A stretch of 64,000 nucleotides of DNA from a virus. The translations under genes were made by a program, and so were the position numbers. The DNA lies in IMG/VR virus record IMGVR_UViG_2938816664_000004; one strand, given 5' to 3'. Below, piece after piece: positions 1 through 9,503 of the stretch. Every line of letters begins with the position of its first letter. Positions within the stretch are counted from its first letter, which is position 1. A model generated the notes under the pieces. That model had not been told where the DNA came from and ran no database searches. It saw only the letters and a list, made by a program, of their open reading frames with translations.

Positions 1-313
1 CAAACCGCGCCAGTCTCGAATTACCGGTTAAGCGTATGTTATTCCGAAATCTGAACGTTCGCTTTGCGACCTTTGCGGTCATTTCATGGTGCCAATCTCC
101 GGCCACAATATGGTGGCATGACCAGTTGCTCGGATGAGCGCGAAGCAACGGACTGTGGGATCTTGGCGGGGATCAGCGAAGAGAGCGGACCGGCTGACAG
201 CTGTCAACGCAGTTAAAGTAGATAGGAATGAGATTGCTTTTATTATCTTCTTGTTTTTTAGACGTTTATTAAAAGAATTCAGCACATTGACAAAAAGAGC
301 AATATGGGAAAAG

Positions 314-553
314 TGCGGGGGAAGGGAAACCTGCAGCCACCTTTTGCAAGGCAACCGGAATCTCATAATGTGTTCTGGCTTCAACCGGAGTAATCGAAGC
401 AACATCATTGCGGGCTGGTTTTTTTATCTGATCCAGATACTGCCTGATCTCCAGTACACGGGCTTCGGGAACCCGGATCACTTTGGTTGGGCCTTCATGA
501 ACTGGTTTGCGACCAGCACCTTCACGGGCACCACCATGCTGAAATTCATCCAT
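314..553 (-). pseudogene. umuD: Truncated UmuD/LexA-family (S24) protein, N-terminal part only
   Basis: HGGAREGAGRK start and VAAGFPSPA cleavage-site motif typical of Acinetobacter UmuD; similarity stops right after FPSPA and the peptidase domain is missing. Confidence 0.8.
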
Positions 554-567
554 TTTATTTGTTCATC

Positions 568-588
568 TTGATTGTGTAACATAATCAA
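568..588. promoter_or_regulatory. Acinetobacter SOS (UmuDAb-type) box
   Basis: TTGATTGTGTAACATAATCAA, a 21-bp imperfect palindrome matching TTGA-N3-TGTAAC-N4-TCAA, directly upstream of umuD. Confidence 0.7.
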
Positions 589-793
589 GATGGTAAAACA
601 GCAGTGGAAAAAAACAACTCCATTCGTCGGATTGTGTTCTGAATATCTATCTCACCAGAAGGTGGTTATAGATTACTTAGAGCAATCAAACTTGAGCTAA
701 AAATTATTTGCAGCCCAAGCTGTTGAGGTTCAACTTCTACTGCAGAAGGTTTAAATCAAACCTGAGGGAACATGCCACGTGCATAAGAAAAAG

Positions 794-908
794 GGCACTG
801 TTGCAAATAACCACTAATGGTAAGCTGAATCCTCTTTTAGCTAAAGGTGCAGCATATGAATCCCTTCCATGGTCGGCATTTTCAGGGTGAAATCATTCTT
901 TGGGCTGT
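794..908 (+). mobile_element. IS6-family left-end remnant
   Basis: GGCACTGTTGCAAA terminal repeat followed by the codons for MNPFHGRHFQGEIILWAV, then abrupt loss of similarity to the full IS at 2979. Confidence 0.85.
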
Positions 909-1098
909 ATTTGTCTAGGAAAGTGGTGGCTATTCAGGGCATGGTTCAAGCATGACTTGAGTAATACTCGGGCTGTGCTCATGATTTGCTTGAGCATTAC
1001 TTGCGGATTTTCCCCAACGTGCTTGGGCTGCATTTTTAGTTTTATCAGATTTGATTTGAAATCAAAATATGTATAAGTTTTTGTAGTTCTCAGATTAT

Positions 1099-1115
1099 TT
1101 TAAGTCATTTTTAAG
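1099..1115 (+). promoter_or_regulatory. PmrA box upstream of pmrC
   Basis: TTTAAG-N5-TTTAAG direct repeat 46 bp upstream of the eptA start. Confidence 0.7.
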
Positions 1116-1161
1116 ATTCAAATTTTAGGCTAAAGCATATTAAAGTCTTTGAACTAAAAAA

Positions 1162-2838
1162 ATGCTTAAGCTGCCTTCTTTTCCCGGTCTACGCCAGATC
1201 AAACCCATCAGCCTTGCACGCTTCAACCTTTTACTCGCCATTTGGCTGGGACTGGTCTTAAACTTTGCTTTCTATCAGAAAATCCATCAATTGACGCCTT
1301 ATACCAACCTCAAGGCAGGCGCATTATTGGCGGCTACAGTCCTGGTAGTTATCGGCTTGTACAATCTGGTCTTGCAGTGGCTGAACTGGAAATGGAATGC
1401 CAAGATACTGGCCAGTGTGCTGATCATTCTGGGCGGTTTTAGTGCTTATTTTGTCAATAGTCTGGGGGTTGTTATTACGCCGGACCAGATCCAGAATATG
1501 CTGCAGACCGATGCTCGGGAAGTCCGTGATCTCTGGTCAATACGGCTGGTGATCTGGACGCTGGTCTTTGTGATTTTTCCTTTGTGTATCATCTGGATGC
1601 TGAACATTCAGCCTGCATCTTTCGGGCGTCAATTGTTGCATAAAAGCCTTAGCAGTCTGCTTTCGGCCGTATTGATTCTAGGACTGTTATTCTGTTTTTA
1701 TGTCGATTATGCAGCCATCTTCCGCGAGCACCGCGATCTGAAGGGCATGATTTCCCCGCAAAATAGCATTGCATCCACCGTATCCTACTATAAAAAGAAA
1801 GCACCTAAAGCCAATTTGCCTTTGATTCCTTATGGTGAAGATGCCCATCTGCTGCAGCAGGCTCAAATACAGAAACAACCCAAATTGATGGTGCTGGTTG
1901 TGGGAGAAACTGCACGTGCCGAGAGTTTCGCTTTAAATGGCTATGCGCGCAATACCAATCCTGAACTGAGCAAGTTACCAGTAATTAATTTCAATCAGGT
2001 CAGCTCTTGTGGAACTGCCACAGCTGTTTCAGTCCCTTGTATGTTTTCGGGCATGTCACGTGAAACCTATGATGAACAGTTAGCCAGCCACCGAGAAGGT
2101 TTACTGGATATTGCTCAGCGCGCCGGGTATCAGGTGACCTGGATTGATAATAATTCGGGCTGTAAAGGTGCCTGTGACCGGGTACAAAAATACCAGATTC
2201 CGGCACAACTGAAACAGAAGTGGTGTGATGCCGGTGGTGAATGTTTTGATGAAATCCTGGTGGATAGCCTGAAAGATTATCTGGCACATCTGGATAAAAA
2301 CAACCCGAAACCACAATTAATTGTACTGCATCAGATGGGTAGTCATGGCCCCGCATATTACAAGCGTTCCAAAGCGCCATATCAGCCATTTCAACCGACC
2401 TGTAATACCAATGCTATTCAGGGCTGTAGTACAGAAGAATTAAAGAATAGCTATGATAATTCGATTGTATATACAGACCATGTTCTTGCCCAGATCATTG
2501 AAACTTTAAAGCAGCAGACTCAATATCAGACCGGTTTCTGGTACCTGTCTGATCATGGAGAATCCACCGGAGAGCATGGTTTATACCTGCATGGTGCTCC
2601 TTATAGCATGGCACCGACCCAGCAAACCCATGTCCCGATGCTGATGTGGTTCTCCGATGCCTGGAAGCAGCAGAATACCCAGCAGGTCAGCTGTCTCAAA
2701 GGACAGACCGAACAGGCCCGTAGTCAGGATCATCTTTTCCCCAGCTTATTAAGTTTACTGGATATAAAAACGCAAGTGACTGAAGCTAAAAATGATATGC
2801 TTGCACAATGCTCACCATCCTTAAAGAACAGAGCTTGA
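1162..2838 (+). CDS. eptA: Lipid A phosphoethanolamine transferase (PmrC/EptA)
   Basis: N-terminal TM helices; VVGETARA, SCGTATAVS (catalytic Thr), LHQMGSHGPAY, SDHGES and LHG motifs intact; followed by a pmrA start. Confidence 0.95.
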   Translation: MLKLPSFPGLRQIKPISLARFNLLLAIWLGLVLNFAFYQKIHQLTPYTNLKAGALLAATVLVVIGLYNLVLQWLNWKWNAKILASVLIILGGFSAYFVNSLGVVITPDQIQNMLQTDAREVRDLWSIRLVIWTLVFVIFPLCIIWMLNIQPASFGRQLLHKSLSSLLSAVLILGLLFCFYVDYAAIFREHRDLKGMISPQNSIASTVSYYKKKAPKANLPLIPYGEDAHLLQQAQIQKQPKLMVLVVGETARAESFALNGYARNTNPELSKLPVINFNQVSSCGTATAVSVPCMFSGMSRETYDEQLASHREGLLDIAQRAGYQVTWIDNNSGCKGACDRVQKYQIPAQLKQKWCDAGGECFDEILVDSLKDYLAHLDKNNPKPQLIVLHQMGSHGPAYYKRSKAPYQPFQPTCNTNAIQGCSTEELKNSYDNSIVYTDHVLAQIIETLKQQTQYQTGFWYLSDHGESTGEHGLYLHGAPYSMAPTQQTHVPMLMWFSDAWKQQNTQQVSCLKGQTEQARSQDHLFPSLLSLLDIKTQVTEAKNDMLAQCSPSLKNRA

Positions 2839-2839
2839 A

Positions 2840-2978
2840 ATGCATAAAATACTGATTATTGAAGATGACTTTATGATTGCCGAGTCGACTGAAACATTGC
2901 TCAAGCTGCATCAATTTGATGTGCATTGGGTCAATAATGGGATTGAGGGTTTAAAACAGTTACAGCAGCAGGTCTACG
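2840..2978 (+). pseudogene. pmrA: 5' fragment of PmrA response regulator, cut by IS6
   Basis: Translates MHKILIIEDDFMIAESTETLLKLHQFDVHWVNNGIEGLKQLQQQVY (PmrA receiver N-terminus) up to the IS end. Confidence 0.85.
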
Positions 2979-3798
2979 GGCACTGTTGCAAATAGGCTGA
3001 CATGATAAGCTAAATATCTTATTTATTTCGAGATACAGCAGATGAATCCCTTCCATGGTCGGCACTTTCAAGGTGAAATCATTCTTTGGGCTGTTCGTTG
3101 GTATTGTAAATATGGCATCAGCTATCGTGAACTTCAAGAAATGCTCGCTGAACGAGGTGTGAATGTTGACCACACCACAATTTATCGTTGGGTTCAGCGT
3201 TATGCTCCAGAAATGGAAAAACGCTTACGCTGGTATTGGCGTAATCCTACAGATTTACATTCATGGCATATGGATGAGACTTATATCAAAGTGAAGGGGC
3301 GATGGACTTACCTGTATCGTGCAGTTGATCAACGTGGTCATACGATTGACTTTTACCTTTCCGCTAGATGGAACAGTAAATCAGCCTATTGTTTTTTAGG
3401 AAAGATCTTCAATACGGTGAAAAAATGGCAAATTCCACGGGTCATCAATACAGATAAAGCAGCGACCTATGGCCATGCTTTATCACGGTTAAAGCGAGAA
3501 GGAAAATGTCCAGTAGATATTGAGCACAGGCAGATTAAGTATAAAAATAATGTCATTGAATGTGATCATGGTAAGTTAAAGCGGATCATCAGGGCCACAT
3601 TAGGATTCAAATCTATGAAGACGGCTTATGCCACAATTAAAGGTATTGAAGTCATGCGTGCACTACGTAAAGGACAAGCATCGTCATTTTATTATGGTCA
3701 GCCTCAAGGTGAAGTGTGTCTAATCAACAGGGTTTTCGGTCTCTAAGCACTTTTAAAAAGGAACTTCATCGACTCAAATCTCTATTTGCAACAGTGCC
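2979..3798 (+). mobile_element. Complete IS6-family insertion sequence (IS1006/IS1008-like), 820 bp
   Basis: GGCACTGTTGCAAATAG ... CTATTTGCAACAGTGCC inverted repeats; no flanking target duplication. Confidence 0.95.
3042..3746 (+). CDS. IS6-family DDE transposase
   Basis: 234 aa; MNPFHGRHFQGEIILWAVRWY, DETY, TDKA, NNVIECDH. Confidence 0.95.
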   Translation: MNPFHGRHFQGEIILWAVRWYCKYGISYRELQEMLAERGVNVDHTTIYRWVQRYAPEMEKRLRWYWRNPTDLHSWHMDETYIKVKGRWTYLYRAVDQRGHTIDFYLSARWNSKSAYCFLGKIFNTVKKWQIPRVINTDKAATYGHALSRLKREGKCPVDIEHRQIKYKNNVIECDHGKLKRIIRATLGFKSMKTAYATIKGIEVMRALRKGQASSFYYGQPQGEVCLINRVFGL

Positions 3799-3941
3799 CT
3801 CTGATTAGCTGAATTAAAGCCAATTTCCTTTTGCAATCTAGTAATCGACATAGGGATAAATTTTGCCCCTGAAACTCTGGCAAATTCTTGAGCCAAAGTA
3901 GTCTTGCCGGTTCTATGACTGCCACATAATGCAAAAATCAT
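3799..3941 (-). pseudogene. P-loop kinase/ATPase truncated by IS6
   Basis: ATG overlaps the MazG stop (ATGA); MIFALCGSHRTGKTTLAQEF Walker A; runs into the IS right end. Confidence 0.75.
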
Positions 3942-4303
3942 GCTTCCACCTTATCCGCACGAGCTTGTGCTTGCTCATTTGAATAAGTGCCTTTGCTATA
4001 GCGCTTACCCAATTTTGCCATATTCGCCGCAATCGTTTCCTCACGGCTTACCCCGATGATTTGACGGATTCGCTCCATGAAGAACTCTAAGTCACCAAGT
4101 TCTTCAATGATGTTTTCGCGATCTAAAGGTTTGCCGTAAATAGCGTGTTTCTTAATAGCGTCAAGTAGTTCGCCGGATTCGCCGGAAACACCTACGCCCA
4201 TATGTAGCAAATCGGCTTGCTCTGGTGTCAATTCTTTCAGGATGTCTTGCCCATTCTTCACCAAAGCTGCGACCATTTCGCTAAAAATAACTTGACTAGC
4301 CAA
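3938..4303 (-). CDS. MazG-like nucleoside triphosphate pyrophosphohydrolase
   Basis: GESGELLDAIKK and EELGDL motifs; N..KL.KRY. Confidence 0.85.
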   Translation of the reverse strand: MASQVIFSEMVAALVKNGQDILKELTPEQADLLHMGVGVSGESGELLDAIKKHAIYGKPLDRENIIEELGDLEFFMERIRQIIGVSREETIAANMAKLGKRYSKGTYSNEQAQARADKVEA

Positions 4304-4553
4304 CTTTGTTCTCCAACATTGTTACACGCGAGTTCAAGCTATTGATTGAATTGCCTTGAGTGACATTCACTCCTTCTGCATTATTCATGCGGCTTGACAA
4401 ACTTGAAATTGAGGTGCTTTGACTAGCGTTAGTGTTTTCAACATTTGTAACCCGACCAGCAAGGGAATTAACGGTTGCAACATCAGCCTTTTGAGACAGT
4501 TGGCTCTTAAGGTTGTTAATTTCCATTTCGATTTGTTCGTTAGTCATGGTCAT
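4296..4553 (-). CDS. Small coiled-coil protein resembling the tail-fibre repeat
   Basis: LSQKADVATVNSLAGRVTNVE...QGNSINSLNSRV mirrors repeats in the 3727-aa tail protein; GGAG SD; overlaps the mazG start. Confidence 0.7.
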   Translation of the reverse strand: MTMTNEQIEMEINNLKSQLSQKADVATVNSLAGRVTNVENTNASQSTSISSLSSRMNNAEGVNVTQGNSINSLNSRVTMLENKVG

Positions 4554-4583
4554 GTGCTATCTCCTGTTAATGACATAAACGGT

Positions 4584-4811
4584 TTAGACTTTTATTTTCT
4601 TTTTGACCTCAAGGCCTTCATTACCTGCGGCTTGATAAGCTGCGGTCAAATGCTCAATTGCGGCATCAATGTGGCGATTAAATTCAGGATTGATGCGCTC
4701 TAGGTAATACTGATGCCTAGTCAAGTGGTCATTCACCATGCTTAAAAGGACATAAGATGTATGTAATGCCTCATGTCTGAACCACTTAGGATTTACCTTC
4801 GTTTTACTCAT
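4584..4811 (-). CDS. Hypothetical protein
   Basis: 75-aa ORF coupled (TAATG) to the upstream ORF. Confidence 0.6.
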   Translation of the reverse strand: MSKTKVNPKWFRHEALHTSYVLLSMVNDHLTRHQYYLERINPEFNRHIDAAIEHLTAAYQAAGNEGLEVKKKIKV

Positions 4812-5095
4812 TACCCGTTCATCTCCTGAAAGACTTCCGTTAATGCTTTTCGTGTTTTGATAGCGCGCGCAATTTCGACATTGTTATCTTCAATGCGAGT
4901 TGTAGCGGATCGAATTAATTCATTTTGAACATCGTTGTCCTCTAGCAGGCGCTCTTCTAAATCGAAAAGCTCACTCAGCTTTTGCTCAAGATCAGCCGTG
5001 ATATGGCGAACTGTTTTAGGCTTGACTTGGCCCATGCCAACTTTTTCTTCAAGATGTTCGGTAGCTTTACTTTGTCCGATTCCAAAAATATTCAT
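4811..5095 (-). CDS. Hypothetical coiled-coil protein
   Basis: 94-aa ORF with AAGGAG SD in the operon. Confidence 0.65.
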   Translation of the reverse strand: MNIFGIGQSKATEHLEEKVGMGQVKPKTVRHITADLEQKLSELFDLEERLLEDNDVQNELIRSATTRIEDNNVEIARAIKTRKALTEVFQEMNG

Positions 5096-5098
5096 GAC

Positions 5099-6010
5099 TT
5101 ACTCCTTGTTTTTCGATAAGAAGATTTCTGCTTCAATGAATTTGCGATGTTGCAACCAGCCTTTTAGATTCCCGTGCATTGTTGGGTTGGCATACTTTTC
5201 CGTGCGGTGATCAAAGCTGTCAGGTGTTGCTTGGTGCTCAAAAGGTGATGCATGTAATGGTTCAGATCCAACTAGGCGGTCGCACAGCTTTAAATCTTCA
5301 CCAACATTTGATTTATTGCCGTAATGGTTCAAGAAAGAGACGCGGCAACAACGGGCACCAGATACCTTTTTCAGTACCTCGATTTTGTGCTGCTTCCGTT
5401 CCTCGTCTGTGATGTATGGCAAATGCCATTCGCCTTTCTTGAGCTTTCTAGGTGTCGAAGTCCGCATTGCTTTATCCATCAGGTAAGCAACTGCGAAGAT
5501 TTCAAACTGGGCATCTTCATGGATACGGAGATCGAAAAAGTTATCCATTTCCGTAGAGCTAAGAACCACATGCATAAATTGCCAAGGCATCAATAAGCGG
5601 TTGGCCGTTTGCTTGTGCAGTCCTAATTTCATTAAGGACCATACAACACCGCACATCAGGCGACCTGACCATTTCCATGCAAATCGGCACAAGCGAATCT
5701 TGCGTTTTGAAAACTGTTCATTCGCTTGCATGCCAGCCTTGTTTTTGCCCCAAAAGATTGGATATGCCGGATTGTTCCAGACTTGCTGAATGATCTTTGA
5801 AATAGGAATGGCGCGGTTAGATGCGGCATTACGGCTGAATACACGATGAGTCATCATTTCGGCATGTATTGGTAACCAATACATAAGCTCAAAGGTGACA
5901 AGGCGATCGCCGTATTCATTGATGCTGTCTGCCAAGATTTTTACTTTGATTTGACCTTCCTCAATTGCTTTATCAATGAGGTGTACGAGGTCGAAATTAG
6001 TAATTTGCAA
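5099..6010 (-). CDS. thyX: FAD-dependent thymidylate synthase (phage ThyX-like)
   Basis: THRVFSRNAASNR variant of RHRxxSxxxxSxR; HASPFEH; next to nrdAB. Confidence 0.8.
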   Translation of the reverse strand: MQITNFDLVHLIDKAIEEGQIKVKILADSINEYGDRLVTFELMYWLPIHAEMMTHRVFSRNAASNRAIPISKIIQQVWNNPAYPIFWGKNKAGMQANEQFSKRKIRLCRFAWKWSGRLMCGVVWSLMKLGLHKQTANRLLMPWQFMHVVLSSTEMDNFFDLRIHEDAQFEIFAVAYLMDKAMRTSTPRKLKKGEWHLPYITDEERKQHKIEVLKKVSGARCCRVSFLNHYGNKSNVGEDLKLCDRLVGSEPLHASPFEHQATPDSFDHRTEKYANPTMHGNLKGWLQHRKFIEAEIFLSKNKE

Positions 6011-6022
6011 TTTAGTTCCTCC

Positions 6023-7030
6023 TTACCAAACCAAAGCACCGCCAACTTTGTAGTCAGTGACGCGGGTTTCGAAGAAGTTCTTTTCTGACGTATTAGGTTT
6101 AGAGAACTGCTCAACCCAAGGGAATGGATTTTTTACGCCTGGATATGGCACAAACGGCGCTTGAATTTGTTCAGCACGGAGGTTTGCAAGATGCTTGATG
6201 TAATCCTCAATAGCTTTAGGATTCGTTACGCCTTTAGTAATGTATTTCCCCCAACTGATTTCCATTTCTGATGAAGTCAGGAACACTTCAAGAGCTTTAT
6301 TCCAGAAGGATTGGGTAAAGACGTCTTTATTTTCGTGACGAAGGGTGTCTAGCATATGTGCGAACAAATCTAGGTGCGTTCCTTCTTCATCACGTTGGAT
6401 ATAGCGAATCATGTCGGCTGAACCTAACATTTCACCCTTATCGGCAAGCAGATAGAACGAAAGGAAACCAGAGAAGAAATAAACACCTTCAAGCAAGACG
6501 TTTGATACACATGAAAGAGCAAAGCCTTCAGCCGAGAATTTTTCACCGAGTAATCGCGACTGTTTGAGAATGAACTGGTTTTTTTGAGCCAATAACCCAT
6601 CACGTTCAAATGTCATGTAAACGCTCATTGGATCAAGACTGACTGTCTCAATGATTGTGGCGTATGATTTGACGTGTAGCGCCTCTTCCCATGCTTGACG
6701 TGACAAACACATGGAAACTTCCGGAGAGGTTACGTGTTTTGCAATATTCTGGTTGATGTTGTTGAATTGAATGCCGTCTAGGTTTGACAAGAAAGCTAAT
6801 GCTTTATCAAACATGAAACGATCTGCGGCATTTAAGCGGTTATAACTGGCAACATCATCTGCCATATTTACGACATGCGGAAACCACGTATTATTTTCCA
6901 TGCGGTCGAGAATGCCTTTTGCCCATGTATGCTTCATCGGGCTAATTGCCATTAGGTCATCCTTGGGACCTAAAATTAGACGTCGGTCATTAATACGATT
7001 TGCGTAAGTCATAATTTCTTTAATACTCAC
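6023..7030 (-). CDS. nrdB: Ribonucleotide reductase class I beta subunit
   Basis: LDGIQ, EEALHVKSY (radical Tyr), EGVYFFSGF, RDEEGTH, NFFETRVTDY. Confidence 0.92.
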   Translation of the reverse strand: MSIKEIMTYANRINDRRLILGPKDDLMAISPMKHTWAKGILDRMENNTWFPHVVNMADDVASYNRLNAADRFMFDKALAFLSNLDGIQFNNINQNIAKHVTSPEVSMCLSRQAWEEALHVKSYATIIETVSLDPMSVYMTFERDGLLAQKNQFILKQSRLLGEKFSAEGFALSCVSNVLLEGVYFFSGFLSFYLLADKGEMLGSADMIRYIQRDEEGTHLDLFAHMLDTLRHENKDVFTQSFWNKALEVFLTSSEMEISWGKYITKGVTNPKAIEDYIKHLANLRAEQIQAPFVPYPGVKNPFPWVEQFSKPNTSEKNFFETRVTDYKVGGALVW

Positions 7031-7067
7031 AAATAAAATAGGGATGAACTTTTCATCCCTATAATTA

Positions 7068-7083
7068 TAGTAAGCGCTTACTA
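7068..7083. promoter_or_regulatory. Conserved palindromic operator/promoter box (reference copy)
   Basis: TAGTAAGCGCTTACTA abutting a minus-strand TATAAT; copies also near 9925, 14690, 14987, 20579, 30021, 32062, 42292, 44246, 48341, 63653. Confidence 0.75.
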
Positions 7084-7109
7084 ATATTTGCGCCTAAATT
7101 AAAAAAGTT

Positions 7110-9482
7110 TTACTGGCAGCTTTCACAATCTGGATCGAGAATTGAACACATCTTTGGTGCGCTTTCAGTTGGTTCTGAAAGTTTGCCTAAAGCTGCGTTA
7201 GCTAATTCCGCAATAACTTTGGTTCGCATTGAAGCGCTCTTCTCTGCATCAGATTGATTGCGTAAGTAGTAAGTGGTTTTCAAGCCAAGTTTTTTAGCTG
7301 TTGTATACCACAAATCTAAATCACGACCAGTTGTACCTTGTTTTGCAAAGAGGTTAGTTGATTGAGACTGGTCAATCCACTTTTGACGAACTGCGGCTGC
7401 CTTAATGATGTAGAGTTGGTCGACATAATACGATTCTTTGAGCAAGTGATATTTGTCACCGACATGAGCAATTGCAGGATCGACGACTTGGTAAGTACCA
7501 CCTAGGTTAGACTTGAAGTATTCAAGCAAGAACGGCGGTTCTGTGCATTGAGTTGTTCCTGCAATATTCGAAATCGTTGCAGTCGGCGCAATCGCCATAA
7601 CGTTCGAGTTACGCATCCCTTTTTTGACTTTTTCACGTAAAGCCTCCCAGTCGAATCGACGAGGTTGATCAAAGAATGGTTTGCCGTCTTCCATCAATTT
7701 GGCGTTATCGATTGGCAAGATACCTTTAGACCAGTTAGAACCTTCAAATGATGGATATGAACCGCGTTCTTGAGCCAAGTCTGCTGAAGCCTCGATAGCA
7801 AAGTAAGAAATTGCCTCAAACAATGCGTCAGCTTGCTTTAAGTGTTCTTCGCTTTCGAAATCCACACCTTGTTTTACCAGCCATTCGTAATAACCCATCA
7901 CACCCAAGCCGATAGGGCGGTGTTTGAAGTTAGAGTTGGATGCGCGGTCGCTAGGGTAGTAATTCACGTCAATTACAGAATCCAAATTACGAATAGCCAA
8001 GCGGATAACTTCACGTAATCTTTCTAAAGGATTTGGAGCTGACATTACTTGTGAAAGGTTAATAGAACCTAAATTGCATACCGCTGTTTCGTCTTTAGAT
8101 GTATTTAACGTAATTTCAGTACACAAGTTACTGTGATGAATAACGCCTGCATGTTGTTGAGGATTACGGCGGTTACATTCATCTTTGTAAGTGATCCAAG
8201 GATGACCTGTTTCAAATAAATTGGTCAACAAATGGCGCCATACCTGAATAGCCGGAAGTTGGAAATCATATTCACCAGCGGCTTCTAGTTCTTCATAGCG
8301 TTTAACGAAATCTTCGCCGTAAAGTTCATGCAATTCAGGGAAGCGTTTAGGCGAGAAGAAAGACCACATGGCATTTGGATCTTCTTTGCGTTCGATCAAG
8401 AGATCAGGAACCCAAGCGGCAGGGAATACGTCATGAGCACGGCGGCGGTCGTCACCAGATTCTCTTTTAAGCTCACAAAACGCCATAAAGTCTGGATGCC
8501 AAGCTTCTAAGTATGGGGCAACCGAACCCTTACGTTTACCGCCTTGGTTTACGGCAACTGCGGTATTGTTCTGGACCTTGATATATGGAACTACACCACT
8601 TGAAATACCATTGGTTCCAAAAATTAATTCATTTTCACCGCGTACTGGCGTCCAGTCTGTACCAATACCGCCCGCAAACTTAGAAAGTAACGCCGTTTCT
8701 TCAATTGCTCCAAAAATAGAAGCAAAGCGGTTATCACCTTCATCAGCAGCAATGGTGTCTGAGACTTGGTTCAGGTAACAGCTTGATAACTGAGGATGTA
8801 ACGTACCAGCATTAAATAGGGTTGGGGTAGAGGAGACGTATTCTAATTTCGAATAAAGCTCATAATAAGCCAGCGCTACAGAAGTACGGATTTCAGGTTT
8901 TTCTTTTAAGGCAACACCCATTGCTACACGCATCCAGAAATGCTGTGGCAATTCGATAATATTACCCGACATATTGCCTGTTTCTTTCTCTAGGCGAATA
9001 TCGCGATTGGCACGAATAAAGTAACGGTCGGCTAATGTATCAAGCCCTAAGTAGTGGAATGATAAGTCCCGCTCAGGCTTGATAGCGGCATTAATGCGCT
9101 CAAGGTCATAGTTTAAAAGTTCAGGGTCCAGCAGTTTTAAAGAAACGCCTTTTTCTAAATAATCTTTGATATGAGGATACTGAAAGCCACCACCGCTGAC
9201 TTTGCCGTTTACACCGCATACGGTTTTATATAAATCTAACAGCAATAAACGCGCAGACACCAAAGATGCATCAGCTTTGGTTGCAGACACTAACTTAGCA
9301 GCGCCTTTAATTAATGCCTGTTGAATGTCACTGGTTTTGATACCGTCATAAATTAGTAAAATTGCCTTATCAATCACTTCTTGCGATTCGACCGACGTTC
9401 CATCTACAGCCCAGTTGACTGCTTTTTCAATTTTTGATGGTGAAAAAGGTTCTGTCGCGCCATTTCGCTTGGTTACGTTCAT
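7110..9482 (-). CDS. nrdA: Ribonucleotide reductase class I alpha subunit with ATP cone
   Basis: VTKRNG ATP cone; TPTLFNAG, LSSCY, SNLCTEI, APTATIS, KTTYY, C-terminal CESCQ. Confidence 0.95.
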   Translation of the reverse strand: MNVTKRNGATEPFSPSKIEKAVNWAVDGTSVESQEVIDKAILLIYDGIKTSDIQQALIKGAAKLVSATKADASLVSARLLLLDLYKTVCGVNGKVSGGGFQYPHIKDYLEKGVSLKLLDPELLNYDLERINAAIKPERDLSFHYLGLDTLADRYFIRANRDIRLEKETGNMSGNIIELPQHFWMRVAMGVALKEKPEIRTSVALAYYELYSKLEYVSSTPTLFNAGTLHPQLSSCYLNQVSDTIAADEGDNRFASIFGAIEETALLSKFAGGIGTDWTPVRGENELIFGTNGISSGVVPYIKVQNNTAVAVNQGGKRKGSVAPYLEAWHPDFMAFCELKRESGDDRRRAHDVFPAAWVPDLLIERKEDPNAMWSFFSPKRFPELHELYGEDFVKRYEELEAAGEYDFQLPAIQVWRHLLTNLFETGHPWITYKDECNRRNPQQHAGVIHHSNLCTEITLNTSKDETAVCNLGSINLSQVMSAPNPLERLREVIRLAIRNLDSVIDVNYYPSDRASNSNFKHRPIGLGVMGYYEWLVKQGVDFESEEHLKQADALFEAISYFAIEASADLAQERGSYPSFEGSNWSKGILPIDNAKLMEDGKPFFDQPRRFDWEALREKVKKGMRNSNVMAIAPTATISNIAGTTQCTEPPFLLEYFKSNLGGTYQVVDPAIAHVGDKYHLLKESYYVDQLYIIKAAAVRQKWIDQSQSTNLFAKQGTTGRDLDLWYTTAKKLGLKTTYYLRNQSDAEKSASMRTKVIAELANAALGKLSEPTESAPKMCSILDPDCESCQ

Positions 9483-9503
9483 ATCGTTTCCTTAGTTAGT
9501 GAA

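Noticed and set aside
709..1032. 12-bp inverted repeat TGCAGCCCAAGC around the IS6 remnant as MITE ends
   Set aside because: Short, no target duplication seen, could be chance
1162..2838. An mcr-family gene
   Set aside because: The PmrA box and adjacent pmrA fragment point to a chromosomal pmrCAB origin
6370..6400. NrdB RDEEGTH spacing as a new metal class
   Set aside because: An ExxH is still present, and the other ligands and radical Tyr look standard
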